Source of the DNA: the human T2T-CHM13v2.0 reference genome, Homo sapiens
DNA length: 64,000 nucleotides
Assembly (NCBI RefSeq): GCF_009914755.1
Contig: NC_060934.1
Reading direction: 5' to 3' (one strand)
Shown in pieces: positions 34,243-49,399 of this stretch. Every line of letters starts with the position of its first letter. Positions within the stretch are counted from its first letter, which is position 1. Made by a program: the position numbers and the translations under genes. The notes below the pieces were generated by a model. That model was not told the DNA's origin and made no database searches. It saw only the letters and a program-made list of their open reading frames with translations.

Positions 34243-35015
34243 ATTTTAATAGTTTTTTGGGTACAGGTGGTTTTGGATTAAACAGATAAGTTTTTCAGTG
34301 GTGATTTCTGAGATTTTAGTGCACCCTTACCTGAGCAGTGTACAGTGTACCTAATATGTAGTCTTTTATCCCTCACTCCTCTCCCAACCTTCCCCTTAGA
34401 GTCCCCAAAGTCTATTATACAACTCTTACGCCTTTGAGTCCTCATAGCTTAGCTCCCACTTATACATGAAAACATATGATATTTGGTTTTCCATTCCTGA
34501 GTTACTTCACTTAGAATAATGGTCTCCAGCTCCATCCAGGTTCTTGCAACAGACATTATCTCATTCTTTTTTTACGGCTGAGAAGTATTCCACAGTGTAT
34601 ATATACCACATTTTCTTTATCCACTTGTTGGTCTGTGGGCACTTAGGTTGGTTCCATGTCTTTGCAATTGTGAATTGTGCTGCTATAAATATGCGGGTGC
34701 ATGTGTCTTTTTTATATAATGACTTCTTTTCCTTTGGGTAGATACCCAGTAGTGGGATTGCTGGATTAAATGGTAGTTCTACTTTTGGTTCCTTAAGGAA
34801 TGCCAATAACATTTCTTTACACCAACAACAAACTATATAATAAAGAAATTAAGAAATCAATCCCATTCATAATTGTATCAAAAAATAAAATAGTTGTAAA
34901 TTTAACCAATTAGATGAAAGATCTGTATACTGAAAACTATAAAACATCGATGAAAGAAATTATAGATGACTCAAATAAATGGGTCCGTGAATTGGAATAA
35001 TTAATATTGTTAAAG
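34243..35015. mobile_element. L1 (L1PB/L1MA-like): 3' end on minus (34243-34800) abutting an ORF2 fragment on plus (34810-35015)
   Basis: ORF 34561-34812(-) gives an ORF2 C-terminal peptide ([15 protein letters not shown]); the plus segment has ORF2-like AATCCCATTC...GAAAACTATAAAACA. Confidence 0.8.
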
Positions 35016-36061
35016 TTAATGGACCCAGTTGCGTATACATTTATAAATGTGTATTTGTGTATACATTTATAAATGTATAAAATGGGAATTAGTCTACCTG
35101 GGGTGCATATAGAAGACTGGGTAAATCAATTACACGAGCAAACCAGGGTTGAAACTCCATTACTGATTTGAAAAATTTTAAATATTATATTAGAGATGCA
35201 CACACACCTAATCAGAATGACAGGAAATAAACCAAGACATTAATTCTCTCACAACTCAGAGATAACTCTGTTCATGTGTTTTCCAAAGTAACTTCTCTAT
35301 TTTCCAAAGTATCCACCATATGCACGATTTCCTTCTGTAATTGCAAAACAATTAAATACAAATGAAGATGAAGGCAATAAGACCTCTTAAATCCCCAAAG
35401 CTTAGACATAGGCTAAAAATCCAGGAGAAAATCCTGGCATGAATGAATGGCGCCTATGGCTCAAAATCAGCCTGCTCACTTCTTCCAGCAGATGCATTTT
35501 CTTGGCTGTAAATTGAGGAGTTGGTCTAGATGGTCACCAAGATCCTTGATAACAGGCACCAGTGTTGCTTAACCTTGACACCAGGTGCGCACAGAAGAAC
35601 CTTGCCCTGCCTACCAACATTGAATTCACCTGTTAAATCCCCTTCCTAAATGTTCTTCTTTATTACCAATCACACCTTTCCTGCTCAAAAGCCTTTATTG
35701 TCTCCTAGCTAAAGGATTATAAAAACTGGAGAGACAGCACGTGATGCACACTTCCGGGTGCATTTCTAGCACAGAGCCTGGCTCAGAACAAGTAAACTAT
35801 CAATACTGCTTGAATGGATCAATCAATCAAATGGGCAGGCAAGCACTGAAATCACTTCTATCCTTAAATTTCTCCCATTCTTAGCCAACCACATTTCTTG
35901 AATAGTTTGCAGAGAGGAAAAGTATTACTTCTCTTTCCTCAGCCTGAGACTATTACTTAAAGTCTTCTTGTCTTTCCTAAAATCTGAAGCCATGATGTGA
36001 AACAGAAATATTTGCATGTAGGGAGAATCAGGAAGAACATGCTAAAGATTCGCTGGGGAAA

Positions 36062-36175
36062 CTGGAAGTATCTTATTATGCTCTATTTCACCTACTTCGT
36101 TACTATGTGTATTCCTAGTTTTCTTCAGAACAATGTGTTCATCTGAGTTCCTGGGCATCTAACAGGATTTCTGAG
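36062..36175 (+). repeat. Copy B of the 114-bp dispersed duplication (partner 3364-3477)
   Basis: Manual alignment, ~91% identity, no gaps. Confidence 0.9.
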
Positions 36176-36203
36176 CTAGGCAAAGGTAAAAACGGGGACA
36201 ATG

Positions 36204-36556
<353 letters not shown>

Positions 36557-36979
36557 CTATTGACAATGTCTCAGTATGAGTCCAGGTGAGACGTGTCACC
36601 TCCCAAATTGACAAGGTCAAAAGCTAAGGCGTTAGATGACAGTCACGGTATTAAACCTTCAGGGACTGTGTAGCGCAGGTCACAGCGGCAGCTCAGACTT
36701 ACAGGGAGGCTATTTGGGGAGTCAGACGCTGTCACTTGTTCTGGCTGATGACACACAAGCACCCCTGCAACGCTGTCCTTTGAGGCAACTCTCCTTTGGG
36801 GGCCATCATCCTGGGGGAGAAAACGAGGGCAAAGCCAAGGGAAAGGGAAGTAGCCAGCACTTCCACTGCAGCCAGCCATTTCCCACCAGGGCCGAACAGG
36901 ATGGTGCCTGTGACCTCCCCTGGCTCATCACTGGGGGGCGGATGCAAGGCTGAGGGTCCTGGAGTATTTAATTCCTTTA

Positions 36980-37405
<426 letters not shown>

Positions 37406-37699
37406 TTGTTTTAATAAAGGCAAAACAGCCATTCCCTGGCCAGCCACAACAAAATCAAAGAGGGAAATAGGATGGTGAGGTCAGGATAAAATGAGAGAAC
37501 ACGTATAGAAGCACTCCAAAAATGGACTGCATTATTTAATCCACACAAGGAACTCCGTATTGAAAAGGGATTCAGGTGCACTACATGCTCCTCCAGAGGT
37601 CCGTACGATGTCACCTCATGTCACCTTGTTGTGCTCAGTGAACATCAATGAAAGCACTCCCAGTCTACAGGAAAATGAGCTGGAATGAATGAATTAACT

Positions 37700-37995
<296 letters not shown>

Positions 37996-38904
37996 TGAGC
38001 TGGAATTTAAATGTACAGTATAGGGGAGTGTGATATTATGACTAGCAGTTGTCTGAATACATACTGACATGACTTATCAATACATTTCCAAAATCAAGAA
38101 GTGCTATGGAAATGATTTTAATGAAATCTACTATAAGCTACTAATGATGATGGCTGGAGTGAAATTCCAAAGTGAAGAACATATTTTCATAGCCCAGTAA
38201 AGGAGCATTTTGTATGCTAGCAACAGCCATAAATGGTATTCTCATTTTCTTTGGTGGATTTTCTTTATGTGTGCAGATCCTTAATCTGAGGCAGAACTGC
38301 CTGACCTGAGAAAATTGCCCCTAGGGAAAGCCCACTTAGGCCCTTTCATTTCCCCTTGATCACATCTCACTGGTCAGTCAGACTTTCCAGATTCCTCATT
38401 TTAGTCTAATTCTCCTCCTGCGTGCACTGTGAGATGCTCTGTGAATTTTGGTTAGTGGTAATATTTTGGACAAGCGTGCAAATAAAATGTTGCATTACAT
38501 CACTGCATAAGGTAATTTGAAACAGACCACATAGGTGGAGATGAAAAGGCAAAGTACGTTCAATAAGAAATGTTGCAAGTCACAGCTATTTTTTCTTTAT
38601 CGGATGTGTTGAAAGAAAACCATGCCAGCCTTTCTAAACTTCAGAATTCTTTTTTAAAGAAAAGGCTTATTGCAATCACCTAAAAGACTTATTAGTGTCT
38701 TTAAAGTTAATGTTCAAAAGAGTAATGTTAACATTTGTAATGAAATTATCTCCAATCGTTTTAGTTTCTGGTTCATTCCAAATCTATGGCTAATGACTCT
38801 TGGAAAGAAAAATTCAGGTACCTCAGAGGAAGAGAGAATGGTCAGCTGATTGTCAGAAAAGAAAGACATAGGTCAGTTCTGTGTTTAAATTACACACTGA
38901 ATAT

Positions 38905-39300
38905 ACATATGATGGAATATTATTCGGCCTTAAAAAGGAAGGAAATTCTGATGCTTGCTACAATGTAGAGGAACCTTGAAGACATTATGCTAAGTGAAAT
39001 AAGCCAGTCACCAAAGGACAAATACTGTACAATCCCACTTATATGAGGTTTCTAGAACAGTCACATTCAGAGACAGATAGTAGAAGGGAGTTTATCAGGG
39101 GCTGGGCAGAGGGAAAATTGGGGAGTTGTTGAATAGGTAGAGTTTCCATTTGGAATGATGAAAAAGTTCTGGAGAGGGATGGTGGTGATGGCTGCACACT
39201 GTGAGCGAATGCACCTAAATGCCACCGAACTGTTCACTTAAACGTGGTTGAAATGGTAAATGTCATGGTGTGTATATTTCAGTGCAATCTACAATAAAAT
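38905..39300 (+). mobile_element. Old L1 (L1MB-like) 3' fragment
   Basis: ATGGAATATTATTCGGCCTTAAAAAGGAAGGAAATTCTG...GACATTATGCTAAGTGAAATAAGCCAGTCAC. Confidence 0.8.
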
Positions 39301-39504
39301 GTACACTGAGGGCAAATCACAGCTGACATACAATGCAGGCACATGCTGAGCACCTGGAGAACAGCTCTTGTGAGGGGCACATGGCCGGCCCACCACTTGC
39401 CAGAGGCCAGGAGACGCCAAGGACGATTCTGACCTGTTCAAAGCCCCAACCCACAAAGGGCTCTTAAACAATGATGTGACGAATAAACATAAAACTAGCT
39501 GTTC

Positions 39505-39779
39505 CCAGGAACGGTGGCTCACACCTGTAATCCCAGCACTTTGGGAGGCTGAGGCAGGAGGACTGCTTGAGACCAGGAGTTAGAGACCAGCCTGGGCAAC
39601 ATAGTGAGACCCCCATCTTTACCAAAAACATTTTAAAATTAGCCAGGAATGATGGTGTAGTTCCAGCCACTCAGAAGGCTGAGAAGTGAGGATTACTTAA
39701 GCCCAGAAATTTGAGGCTGTGGTGAGCTTTGATCATGCTACTACACTCCAGCCTGGGTGACAGAATGAGACCCTGTCTC

Positions 39780-39816
<37 letters not shown>
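39505..39816 (+). mobile_element. AluJ-like with (AAT)12 tail
   Basis: Alu consensus; trinucleotide tail. Confidence 0.88.
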
Positions 39817-39817
<1 letters not shown>

Positions 39818-40318
39818 GTAAACCTAGGTGTTCACTGTATGGGGTCTGTGGCTGCATCCCAGGACATAAGGTGCAGCATGCCACACCTTCAGAGCTGCGG
39901 GGGCCCATGCCTCTCCTCTCGTGAGAAGAAGACCTCATGCAGAGGGGAAGGGGCTGACTTGATTACAATCGTCCAGGGAGAGCGGAGAAGGCTCTGCCAA
40001 ATCCAGTCATTCAGTGCTCACTACTTGATGGTTTTCACATGAACAGAAAGCAGGGAAACACTGAGTCGTCACAGAGGAGAATTTCCTGTGAGTCTAAAAG
40101 TCCAGATAGCAGACAAGCACATATATAAAATGTCTGTTGGTACCAGATAGATCATAGCTGTTCTAGAGCTAGACTCCAATAATTTGAAGGAAAGTTTCAA
40201 ATAAAGTAATTTCTGGCTCTCCTTGTTCTCAGAAGGGCATCTTAATAAAGTAACAACAATGACAATCTCAGCAATAATAATCAGTATGAAAATGCAAGAA
40301 AAGCTCATCAACCTGTGA

Positions 40319-40647
<329 letters not shown>

Positions 40648-41964
40648 TCCATGGGTTGTATTAACTGGTACCCAAGACCTACCAGTCTTTCAGAACAGGT
40701 CCCCAGCCCCTTGCTGATTGATGCGGGGTAGGGGAGGGCGTGTTTGTGATATTTCACACTTTCATGATTGGCTTTCTTCATGGTCATATTATTGCACCAG
40801 GAAAGCAGATCCCGTGCTCACAGTGCAGGTGCCTTGGGGAGGTCATGACACAAAATAAATCAAAGGCACATTCCACACTGTCTGTTGAAATGACTCAAGA
40901 CACGTTTATGCGTGGGTGTAACATCTGATTAAGCAAAGGATATCAAACTTGGGTGGCCCTCAGACCACTTGCGGTATTTGTTTAAAATGAAAGTCCTCCC
41001 ACCACAGGTGATTAGGATACGCCCACAGAATTAGAAAACCATGAATACAAGCCACCGATGATATAAAGCCTGGGAAGAAACAGGGAAACAGCATAATCAG
41101 ATGGGGTGAGTGTGACGAAGGAAGGCTTCCTGGAGGACGAGACTGGAGAGCTTACTTGTGGAGGAGATGATGGCAATAGGTGAACAGGGAGGCCATGGGC
41201 CCTCACCTCCGTGCCAGGAAGAAGAGCGGACAGTGTGGGAGCTGGAACTGGGAAGAGGCCTAACCGGGGCGTGGGCTTAAATGGTCCCATCCCTCTGCAT
41301 GGTAAATGCGCCTGACAGCAATCACTTAGGCACACCCTGAGAATGGCCCTGTATGGCAGCGGCACCTGCATGGGGTTCAGGGTTCCAAGCTAAGGAATCC
41401 AGGAGAGGCCAACTGGAGATTCGTTCCTTATCTATGAGGAACATCTGAGCAGCTTCCCTGCCCTGCTGCCACCACTGCATGCACAGGGGGTCTGGACTGT
41501 TTGTTTTGGGGTATGTGAAGGCTGCCAGGTGGAGATTGTCGGGGAGGTGCCAAGTGGACATGCTATTGCTATATAAACTGCATGCCTTTTGAAAGCGGTT
41601 GTGGTTCTCCCACTCAGCCCGCTGCCACTGGACTCTCTCCCCTGTATGCAAGCCCACAACAGAACCCCGTGCCTCGTTCACTGGCTCTGGGTCTCCTCTT
41701 CGGCCTCTTTAACCTGCGGCCTTCCCATGGAGTCGACACGGGTTCGGCAAGACAGCCACCCACATTCAGACGGAACGTGCTGTGGGCCCAGCCAGGGCAT
41801 TCTGAGGTGGGAAGGGAGGCCGTGGACAGCCCGTGAAGAAGCATCAGAGCCATCCCTGTAGCCCAAGTGGAAAAAGAAAATTCAGATACTTGTCACACCC
41901 AGACATCAAGCTGGGATACATCATGCTGCTTGGTCTTCAGGTGGTGAGAAAATACATTAAAGAA

Positions 41965-42535
41965 ATAGACAGGGTCTTGCTCCATCACCCAGGCTAGAGA
42001 GTGCAGTGCTGCAATCACAGCTCACTGAAGCCTCGACTTCGGGTTTGAGCAGTCCTCTCCCACCTCAGCCTCCCAAGTAGCTGGGACTATAGGTGCACAT
42101 CACCATGCTCAGCTAATATTTTTATTCTTCTTCTTTTTTTTTTTTTTTTGAGACAGGGTCTCCCTCTGTTGGCCAGGCTGGAGTGCAATGGCATGATCAT
42201 GGCACATTGCAACTTTGATCTCCCGAGCTCCAGTGACCCTCCCACCTCAGCTGGGACCACAGGTGTGTGCCACCACACCTGGCTAATTTTTGTAGAGACA
42301 GAGTTTTGCCATGTTGCCCAGGTTGGTCTTGAATTCCTGGGCTCAAGTGATCTACCTGCCTTGGCCCCACAAAGTGCAGATATTACAGGAGTGTGTCACC
42401 ATGCCCAGCCTATTCCTTATAGAGACAGTGGCCTCACTATGTTGCCCAGGCTGGCCTTGAACTCCTGGCCTCAAGAATCCTTCCACCTCATTCTCCTAAC
42501 ATGCTGGGATTATAGGCATGAGCCACCACGCCCGC
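41965..42535 (-). mobile_element. Nested Alus: AluJ (42135-42410) inserted into the A-rich linker of an older Alu
   Basis: Right arm 41965-42120 and left arm 42420-42535 separated by a full Alu. Confidence 0.8.
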
Positions 42536-43739
42536 CAAACTATTTTTTTAACAAGAGGAGAAAGTGAATTTGTGCTTTCCCTGAACAGCAAGCAGCAGAT
42601 ATAAGCAATGAAAAGAAGACACCGAGGACACCGCTCCATGCTCAAAAGAGACACCAGCAGAGCTGAGCCAGCAGCATCTCAGATGTCATCTCCCAACTGT
42701 GCTAAAAATACACACACACACACACTCTGAATCTGACTCCAGCAGTAAGAGCATCCCTGTTCTCATGCAGCAGCTTATGAGCCCTGGTGCCCCAAGATCT
42801 CTGGAGGGAGGGGAGAACTGAAGCCGGAGTCCGGAGCAGTCAGGAGTCAGAGTGAGCCGCGGTTCGCGTCTGTCTTCCCGGCAGGTGTCCGACGCCTCAG
42901 CTCAATGAATGAGAAGCCGCTTAGACAAGGGATGTGAGCCAGAGCGCTCTGAGCGCGGTCACTGCCCCATCCTGAACGCAGGCTCCTCCAGGTGTTCGTT
43001 TGCCTCATGTGCAGCTTTGGTCCATGAGCCATAACCCATAGAACCTGAGGCATCTGAACGAGCATTTCAGTGCAGGAAAGTGCCGTCTTCACTAACTTTC
43101 AGCTACTGCAGCAAGTTTGGAAGAAACTCAAACGAGAAAAGATGGATTCAGCCTTACAGGTTCCGTTGGGAAAACGGTCCCCGTGGATGCTTGGCTGTGG
43201 CTATTAACCACACACACTCATTAAACAGCTTTACTGAAGAGAACAAAAAGGAGAGGGGAGGCTGGTTAATGCAATTTGAGGAGAGAAATGTACGATGGAG
43301 AGGTTATTGAGTGCATTCAGTCTACTCTACATTTTTATTTTAGTTTTTAATTGACAAATAATAAATGTACATATTTATGGGGTACGGAGTGATGTTTGGA
43401 TATGTATAATGTATAGTGATCACAGATTCACTAGTGATCACTAGTGATTGCCCACTAAGCCCTAGATACATGAGCTATACCATTCTGTCCTTGGGGAAAT
43501 CACCTCCCTAATGCAAGTGACTTATTCCACTTAGCTCACTTGTGGCAGCCGTGGAACGCAGGTCCCTTGGCTCCTAAAACTCTGCCATTTCCATTGTACC
43601 ACCTGACTGTCTAGTTATATTTCCTCCCTACTATACACATGACCTCACCATTCAAAAAAGTTTACTATAAAACATAAACAAGATTCTGAGAGTCCACAAA
43701 ACATCTTGCATTAAAAGGAAAACATTCCACATTTCCTAA

Positions 43740-44100
43740 TATGGAATACTACGCAGCCATAAAAAAGAACGAAACTATGTCCTCTGCAGGGACATGGATG
43801 AAGCAGGAGGCTACCATCCTTGGAAAACTAACGTAGGAACAGAAAAACCAAATACTACTTGTTCTCACTTATAAGTGGAAGCTAAATGATGAGAACACAT
43901 GGACACATAGAAGGGAACAACACACACTGGGGCCTTTCGCAGGGTGGAGGGTGGGAGGAGGGAGAGGATCATGAAAAATAACTAATGGGTACTAAGCTTA
44001 GTACCTGGGTGATGAAATAATCTCTACAACAAACCCCCATAACACATGTTTACCTATATAACAAATCTGCACATGTACTCTTGAACTTAAAAGTTAAAAA
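43740..44100 (+). mobile_element. L1PA (older subfamily) 3' end
   Basis: ATGGAATACTACGCAGCCATAAAAAAGAA...GAACTTAAAAGTTAAAAA. Confidence 0.85.
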
Positions 44101-45675
44101 CAAATTTTCCCGATAAAGTCCATACTCCGTAGAATAAGCCCTGATACAGAACTGAACACACAAGCTACGCAGTGAAGAAAGCCTCGTACCATTCTGTCCT
44201 TCGGACAGTCACCTCCCCCTGCAAACCTCCTGTTCTCCAACCAACCCATAAAGTATGCCTGCCAAGGAGAGTGCATATTCCTGTCATCACAGAGCACTAT
44301 CATTAATAGAACAGTACTAGGCCACGTCTCCGGGGCTCGGGTTCTCCGGCTTCGTACAGGACACAAGCTCACTGCCACCGCCTCTGCCAGCCAGTCCCCA
44401 GCCACCAGCCTCCGCAGTCTGCCTAATAAGGCAATCTGCAGGTTGACGGGTGGCTTACAGGTCACCACTGCACAATGCACGCTCTGGGCTTGAAGCAAAG
44501 GGAGAGGCTACCTTTTGGCAGACAAAGGGTTACCCTGTGCCAAAAACTCTTCCAAGGCCGCACTGGGACTCCATTTACATAATAATAGAAACTTGTCCCT
44601 GCAGTTGGCCAGACTCCAGCCACAGGGTCCAGCTTACAGAGCTGAAGAAAGCTGAACTTCTGCAGTGGCCTGGAGCTTGCTCAGCCTTTACATGGAAACG
44701 TCTCCTCTTTGCCTTCTCCCAACCTCATCAGAGGACTCCCAGAAAGTCTATCTTGCAGGAACTTAGGTGGCATATATTCAATCTCCGAGACTCCCTGACT
44801 TCAAAACAGCAACCTGCAAATTGACTGCATATCCCGGATGCTTAAAAAGAAGCCATAGGTCAGGGGAACAATTCTTAGCATTCCAGAAAATAATTACACA
44901 CCAGCGAAAAGTGGACGTCTGTATTTCCAGCTAAGGAGGCGGAGTTGTTGGTCAAGCGATGCCTGATTACAAATATTCATTATTTTTAATTCTATGAAGA
45001 TCTGGACTCAGAGACTCTCCCCCACCCTGGCCCCTGCACTGTACTACGCATACAAGGAAAAGAACAGATCTCTGGTGATTAATTGCAGCACATTCATCAT
45101 TGCATGAATTTCCTTCAGCTTTTAGCCACGGGGCCCCTTTGTCATTCAGAAGGCATCCCACCCACTGGCTCACCAGAATTTAATATGTCCCAACGGAGTT
45201 TTGAAATCTACCAGCATTTCAACAGTGGACTGGAGCTGCCGAACCACAGCAAAATTAGGAAGGGGTCAAGGAGCATGAGATAGCAATACCGTGGAGGTTA
45301 ATAGTCAGCAAACCACCAGTTTAGAGTCCTGTGCCTAGTCAAATCTAGCACCGCTGAAACGTGTGCTGGTGGCAGAGACGCATCTGACACTTCATCCCTT
45401 CACTCTGCCCTTTGTGCCGGTGTCCAGTGCGGACTCTCTTCACGTTAAGACACTTCCTGTGCAGTTTCTTGGACACCCAGCAGTGAACATACAGCACCCA
45501 TTCATTCTCTGCTTCTCTGGGAAATGGAGTCTGGGATGTCTGAAACAAGACTCATGAAAAATGGTTGCCTATTAAGGGCCATTATGTTGGGGATGTAAAT
45601 AGCGATTGATTTTTAATTTACACTAATTCAGCATTTACCAAACCAAAATAGTCCCTAGGAAATTCTCTGACAGAG

Positions 45676-46143
45676 CGTGAAAGGAAAATAGAACCTTGGG
45701 AACCCCAAACTCACTATGCCAAACGGAAAGTGAAGCTTAGGAACCGAGTCACACAAAAGCTGCCTGCCTTTTGTCCCCAGAAAGATAGCTGTGACCTCAC
45801 AGGCTTAGGGTACCTTATGTAAAATGTAGATTTACTGTGCAAGAGATAAATGCGTAACTGACTTCCCCCTCCTTTGTTTTCACATGTAAAATGTAGATTC
45901 ACAGAATGCTCATCAGAGCCTCACAAGAATGTGACCACTTGCCTCACTTCCTACCTCCCCTACCCCCCCTTTTATTCCTTGTCCTTAAAATACTGAAGTC
46001 CTCAAACCCAAACCCAGTTTGGAAAAAGCACAGGACATTCATCCCACTGGGACTTGTGTCCCTTTTTCCCCAGGAGCATCCTGAATGTTGGCAAAATAAA
46101 CCTTTAAGTGGATTGAGATGCCTCGGTGACTTTTCGGTTCACA
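45676..46143 (+). mobile_element. ERV1 MER4-group solo LTR
   Basis: Start GTGAAAGGAAAATA..CTTGGG.ACCCCAAA.TCACTA, AATAAA near 46095, end GGTTCACA; near-TSD AGAG/GGAG. Confidence 0.8.
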
Positions 46144-46935
46144 GGAGTTTATCAGAAATTCCTGTCTAGATATTCATGCCAAAGGGAAAAAAAACAAGGA
46201 TGTGAGACACTCGACACCAAAAGCCTGTCCTCCAGCTCTGTGGAAAGCAGCGTTGGGAAACGGAGTTTTAAGTAACACCAACCCCATGCCGCCCTATCAC
46301 ATCATCGCCCGCACGGCCTCGACACTGAAGCACTCAGCTCACACTCACCTTTGTCTCCTCTAACTTAGGCAAAGGAGGAGAGGATCCACAGCTGGCCAAC
46401 AGTGTGGTGGGAATCTGGAGGGGAGGAGAGCGGCTCTGGGCCCCCTGTAAACCCCAGAAACTGTGGGGACTTCACCAGTCCCCTTGCAAGTCCCCTGCAG
46501 CATGCAGCACGGAACAGGCTGGCATTTGTTTATTTTAATGACAAGCAGCTAATTTCCTACTGTTTAAGGCCAAATTAGATGGCACTGAAGCACCACCGTA
46601 TTCCCCCTTTCCTCTTCAGCTGCCGGCTTTGGGGGCTGTTTGAGCCCTAATTGGAACTTCCACCCAGAGACCAGGCAAGAAAAGAAAACGAGGTGAGACA
46701 ATTTAGCTGCTGGCTACTGACTTGCAGCAAGCTCTGTCAATCAAGACTTCTGGAACAGGGGGTCTGGAGTTGCCGAGAGACCTTGATCTACCTGGATGTT
46801 CTTATATGGCCAAACCTCAAGACCTCAGGAACTGCAAACTGAAGATAGTAATAAAAGAATACATTAATTTCCCACATAATAGGCAATGTCTACTGAACTA
46901 AAATTAAGTTTGTTCTCACTAAAAATAATGTTGTT

Positions 46936-47214
46936 GGCCAGGCGTGGTGGCTCACGCCTGTAATCCCAGCACTTTGGGAGGCTGAGGTGGGTGGATCACG
47001 AGGTCAGGAGTGAAGACCAGCCTGGCCAAGATGGTGAAACCCCGTCTCTACTAAAAATGCAAAAAATTAGCCAGGTGTGGTGGCATGTGCCTGTAATCCC
47101 AGCTACTCAGGAGGCTGAGGCAGAGAATTGCTTGAACCTGGGAGGCGGAGGTTGCAGTGAGCCAAGATTGCGCCACTGCTCTCCAGCCTTGGCAACAGAG
47201 CAAGACTCCGTCTC

Positions 47215-47242
<28 letters not shown>
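46936..47242 (+). mobile_element. AluS
   Basis: Alu consensus, poly(A). Confidence 0.92.
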
Positions 47243-47245
<3 letters not shown>

Positions 47246-47901
47246 GTAAAGGAAAATTCCTCCCTTCCAGCCCCTGGGACTCTCTCCTTAATAATAAAGA
47301 TATTACCAGACCTCCTGTCCCGTGGCTCCCCAATTAAGTAAGGCTGCCCAACAGGTTCCCAGCACAAAAGAGCTATTCACATGCTTGATTGTACTGAGCC
47401 AGCCCCTGACACTCAGCCTTGACGGTATATATTTAGTCACTGTCTACGAAGCAGAACTAGAACCACTGCATTTTCCCCCGACATTAAAACGGTGCCAACC
47501 GCATGGACAGAATGATAGATTTTTATCAGATCTTTTCCTGTTCTGAAGAAAAAAAGAGTATTTGTTCACTTTAACATGTACTTTACACCTTCTGGCTAGT
47601 AGATCACATATGCCATCTGGTTGGGTGGCAGAAAGTGATCATAAAATGATGAAAGATTCAGTCATCTTTTGCAACCTATTTATATGTTTTATATTTAAGC
47701 ACATTATCAGGCTGTATTTATGGATATTATTTTTAACCCGGACACATGCTTGTGTTAAGCTTGAAATATGCTGAAATACCTTTAAACCTCATCCTGCAGT
47801 GCTGATTTAACTTAGTCACAGTTATCCACATCTAAGAGTATCAGTTGAAGTACTAACCCCTCTTTGAAAAAACTTAAAAACTTGATTCCTGAACTGCACT
47901 A

Positions 47902-47920
47902 TACCTCCCCCTGGTGGCAG
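47902..47920 (-). promoter_or_regulatory. Candidate CTCF site (CTGCCACCAGGGGGAGGTA)
   Basis: Close match to the CCASYAGRKGGCRS core in unique sequence. Confidence 0.5.
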
Positions 47921-49014
47921 AAAAGAATCAATGCATCTCCCAAAGCCAATTTTACAAAACACTCCAAATAGAAACCCTGAAGCAAGGACATCTTTGTTTA
48001 AAGTAGTTTTAATATCTCCAAGACATGCAAGAAATTAAATGTTAGCAAATTATTTCATTCATCCACTGAACAAATATTTATGGAGCACCCAAGAGGCCAA
48101 GCCCGGTTCTGGGGCTGTGGATACAGTGAGACAAACTCCCTGCCCACACAAACTTATGTTCTAGTAATAACCAAATAAAGATTAATGTTTCACACACTTA
48201 TTGGCCTTCTTTTTTAATATATGTGAAGTGAAATGTGTTTACATGCATGAAATCTCAAATACTCTGGGAACACCTGTGCTTCTGCATTGCTGGTTTCTCT
48301 CTTCAGCTCCTTGGCTGTCATTCTCACCTTGACCTCCCAGGCAGGTCCAGAACTTTCTACCCCATGCCCTCAAGAAGAACCTGTTGAGTAAAATGACTGT
48401 GGGCCATGGCATTGAAACCCAGGGAATCCAAACTAAGAGGCTTTATTGTCAGCTATATAAAAGTGCTTTTGCTATTTTCAATTGTCTGTATTATAAGCTA
48501 ATATACTGACAGTTATAAAAGTGAGGCAGTCTTATAAAAAAGTAATAGCTCTCTCTATAAAACCTGATGCAATCCTGTGCCATAGTAAAAATTTTGTACA
48601 TAAGCATTGCTACTGTGCGAACATTTTACTCAGAATCTCACCTCTGACAAAGCAATAGTAACTTCCAGATTCTCCTCCCCTGCACCCTGCACCTTTTTAA
48701 AAAACTGACAGCCTGAGAACTATCATGTTCCTAAATACGTGAGTCCTTCCAGCACATTAGGTGCTATAGGATATACCAGGGCAGCAGACAGAACTCATGC
48801 CAGCTTATGTCATCGGCCTTGCTGCATGAAGCTCCATGCTGCGAAGGGATCTTAGCACACGTGGGGAGATCCAAGTGCTCTGGGTGAGGGCTGATGCCTG
48901 TTCCTGGCTTAGGAGGAAGATGAGCAAAGAGCCTGCCAGGCATTTACCACTGCTAGTACCTTACATGGTTCTGGGTACTGCTCTAATGCTCATGGGACAT
49001 AAAGAGGTTTCTCT

Positions 49015-49399
<385 letters not shown>

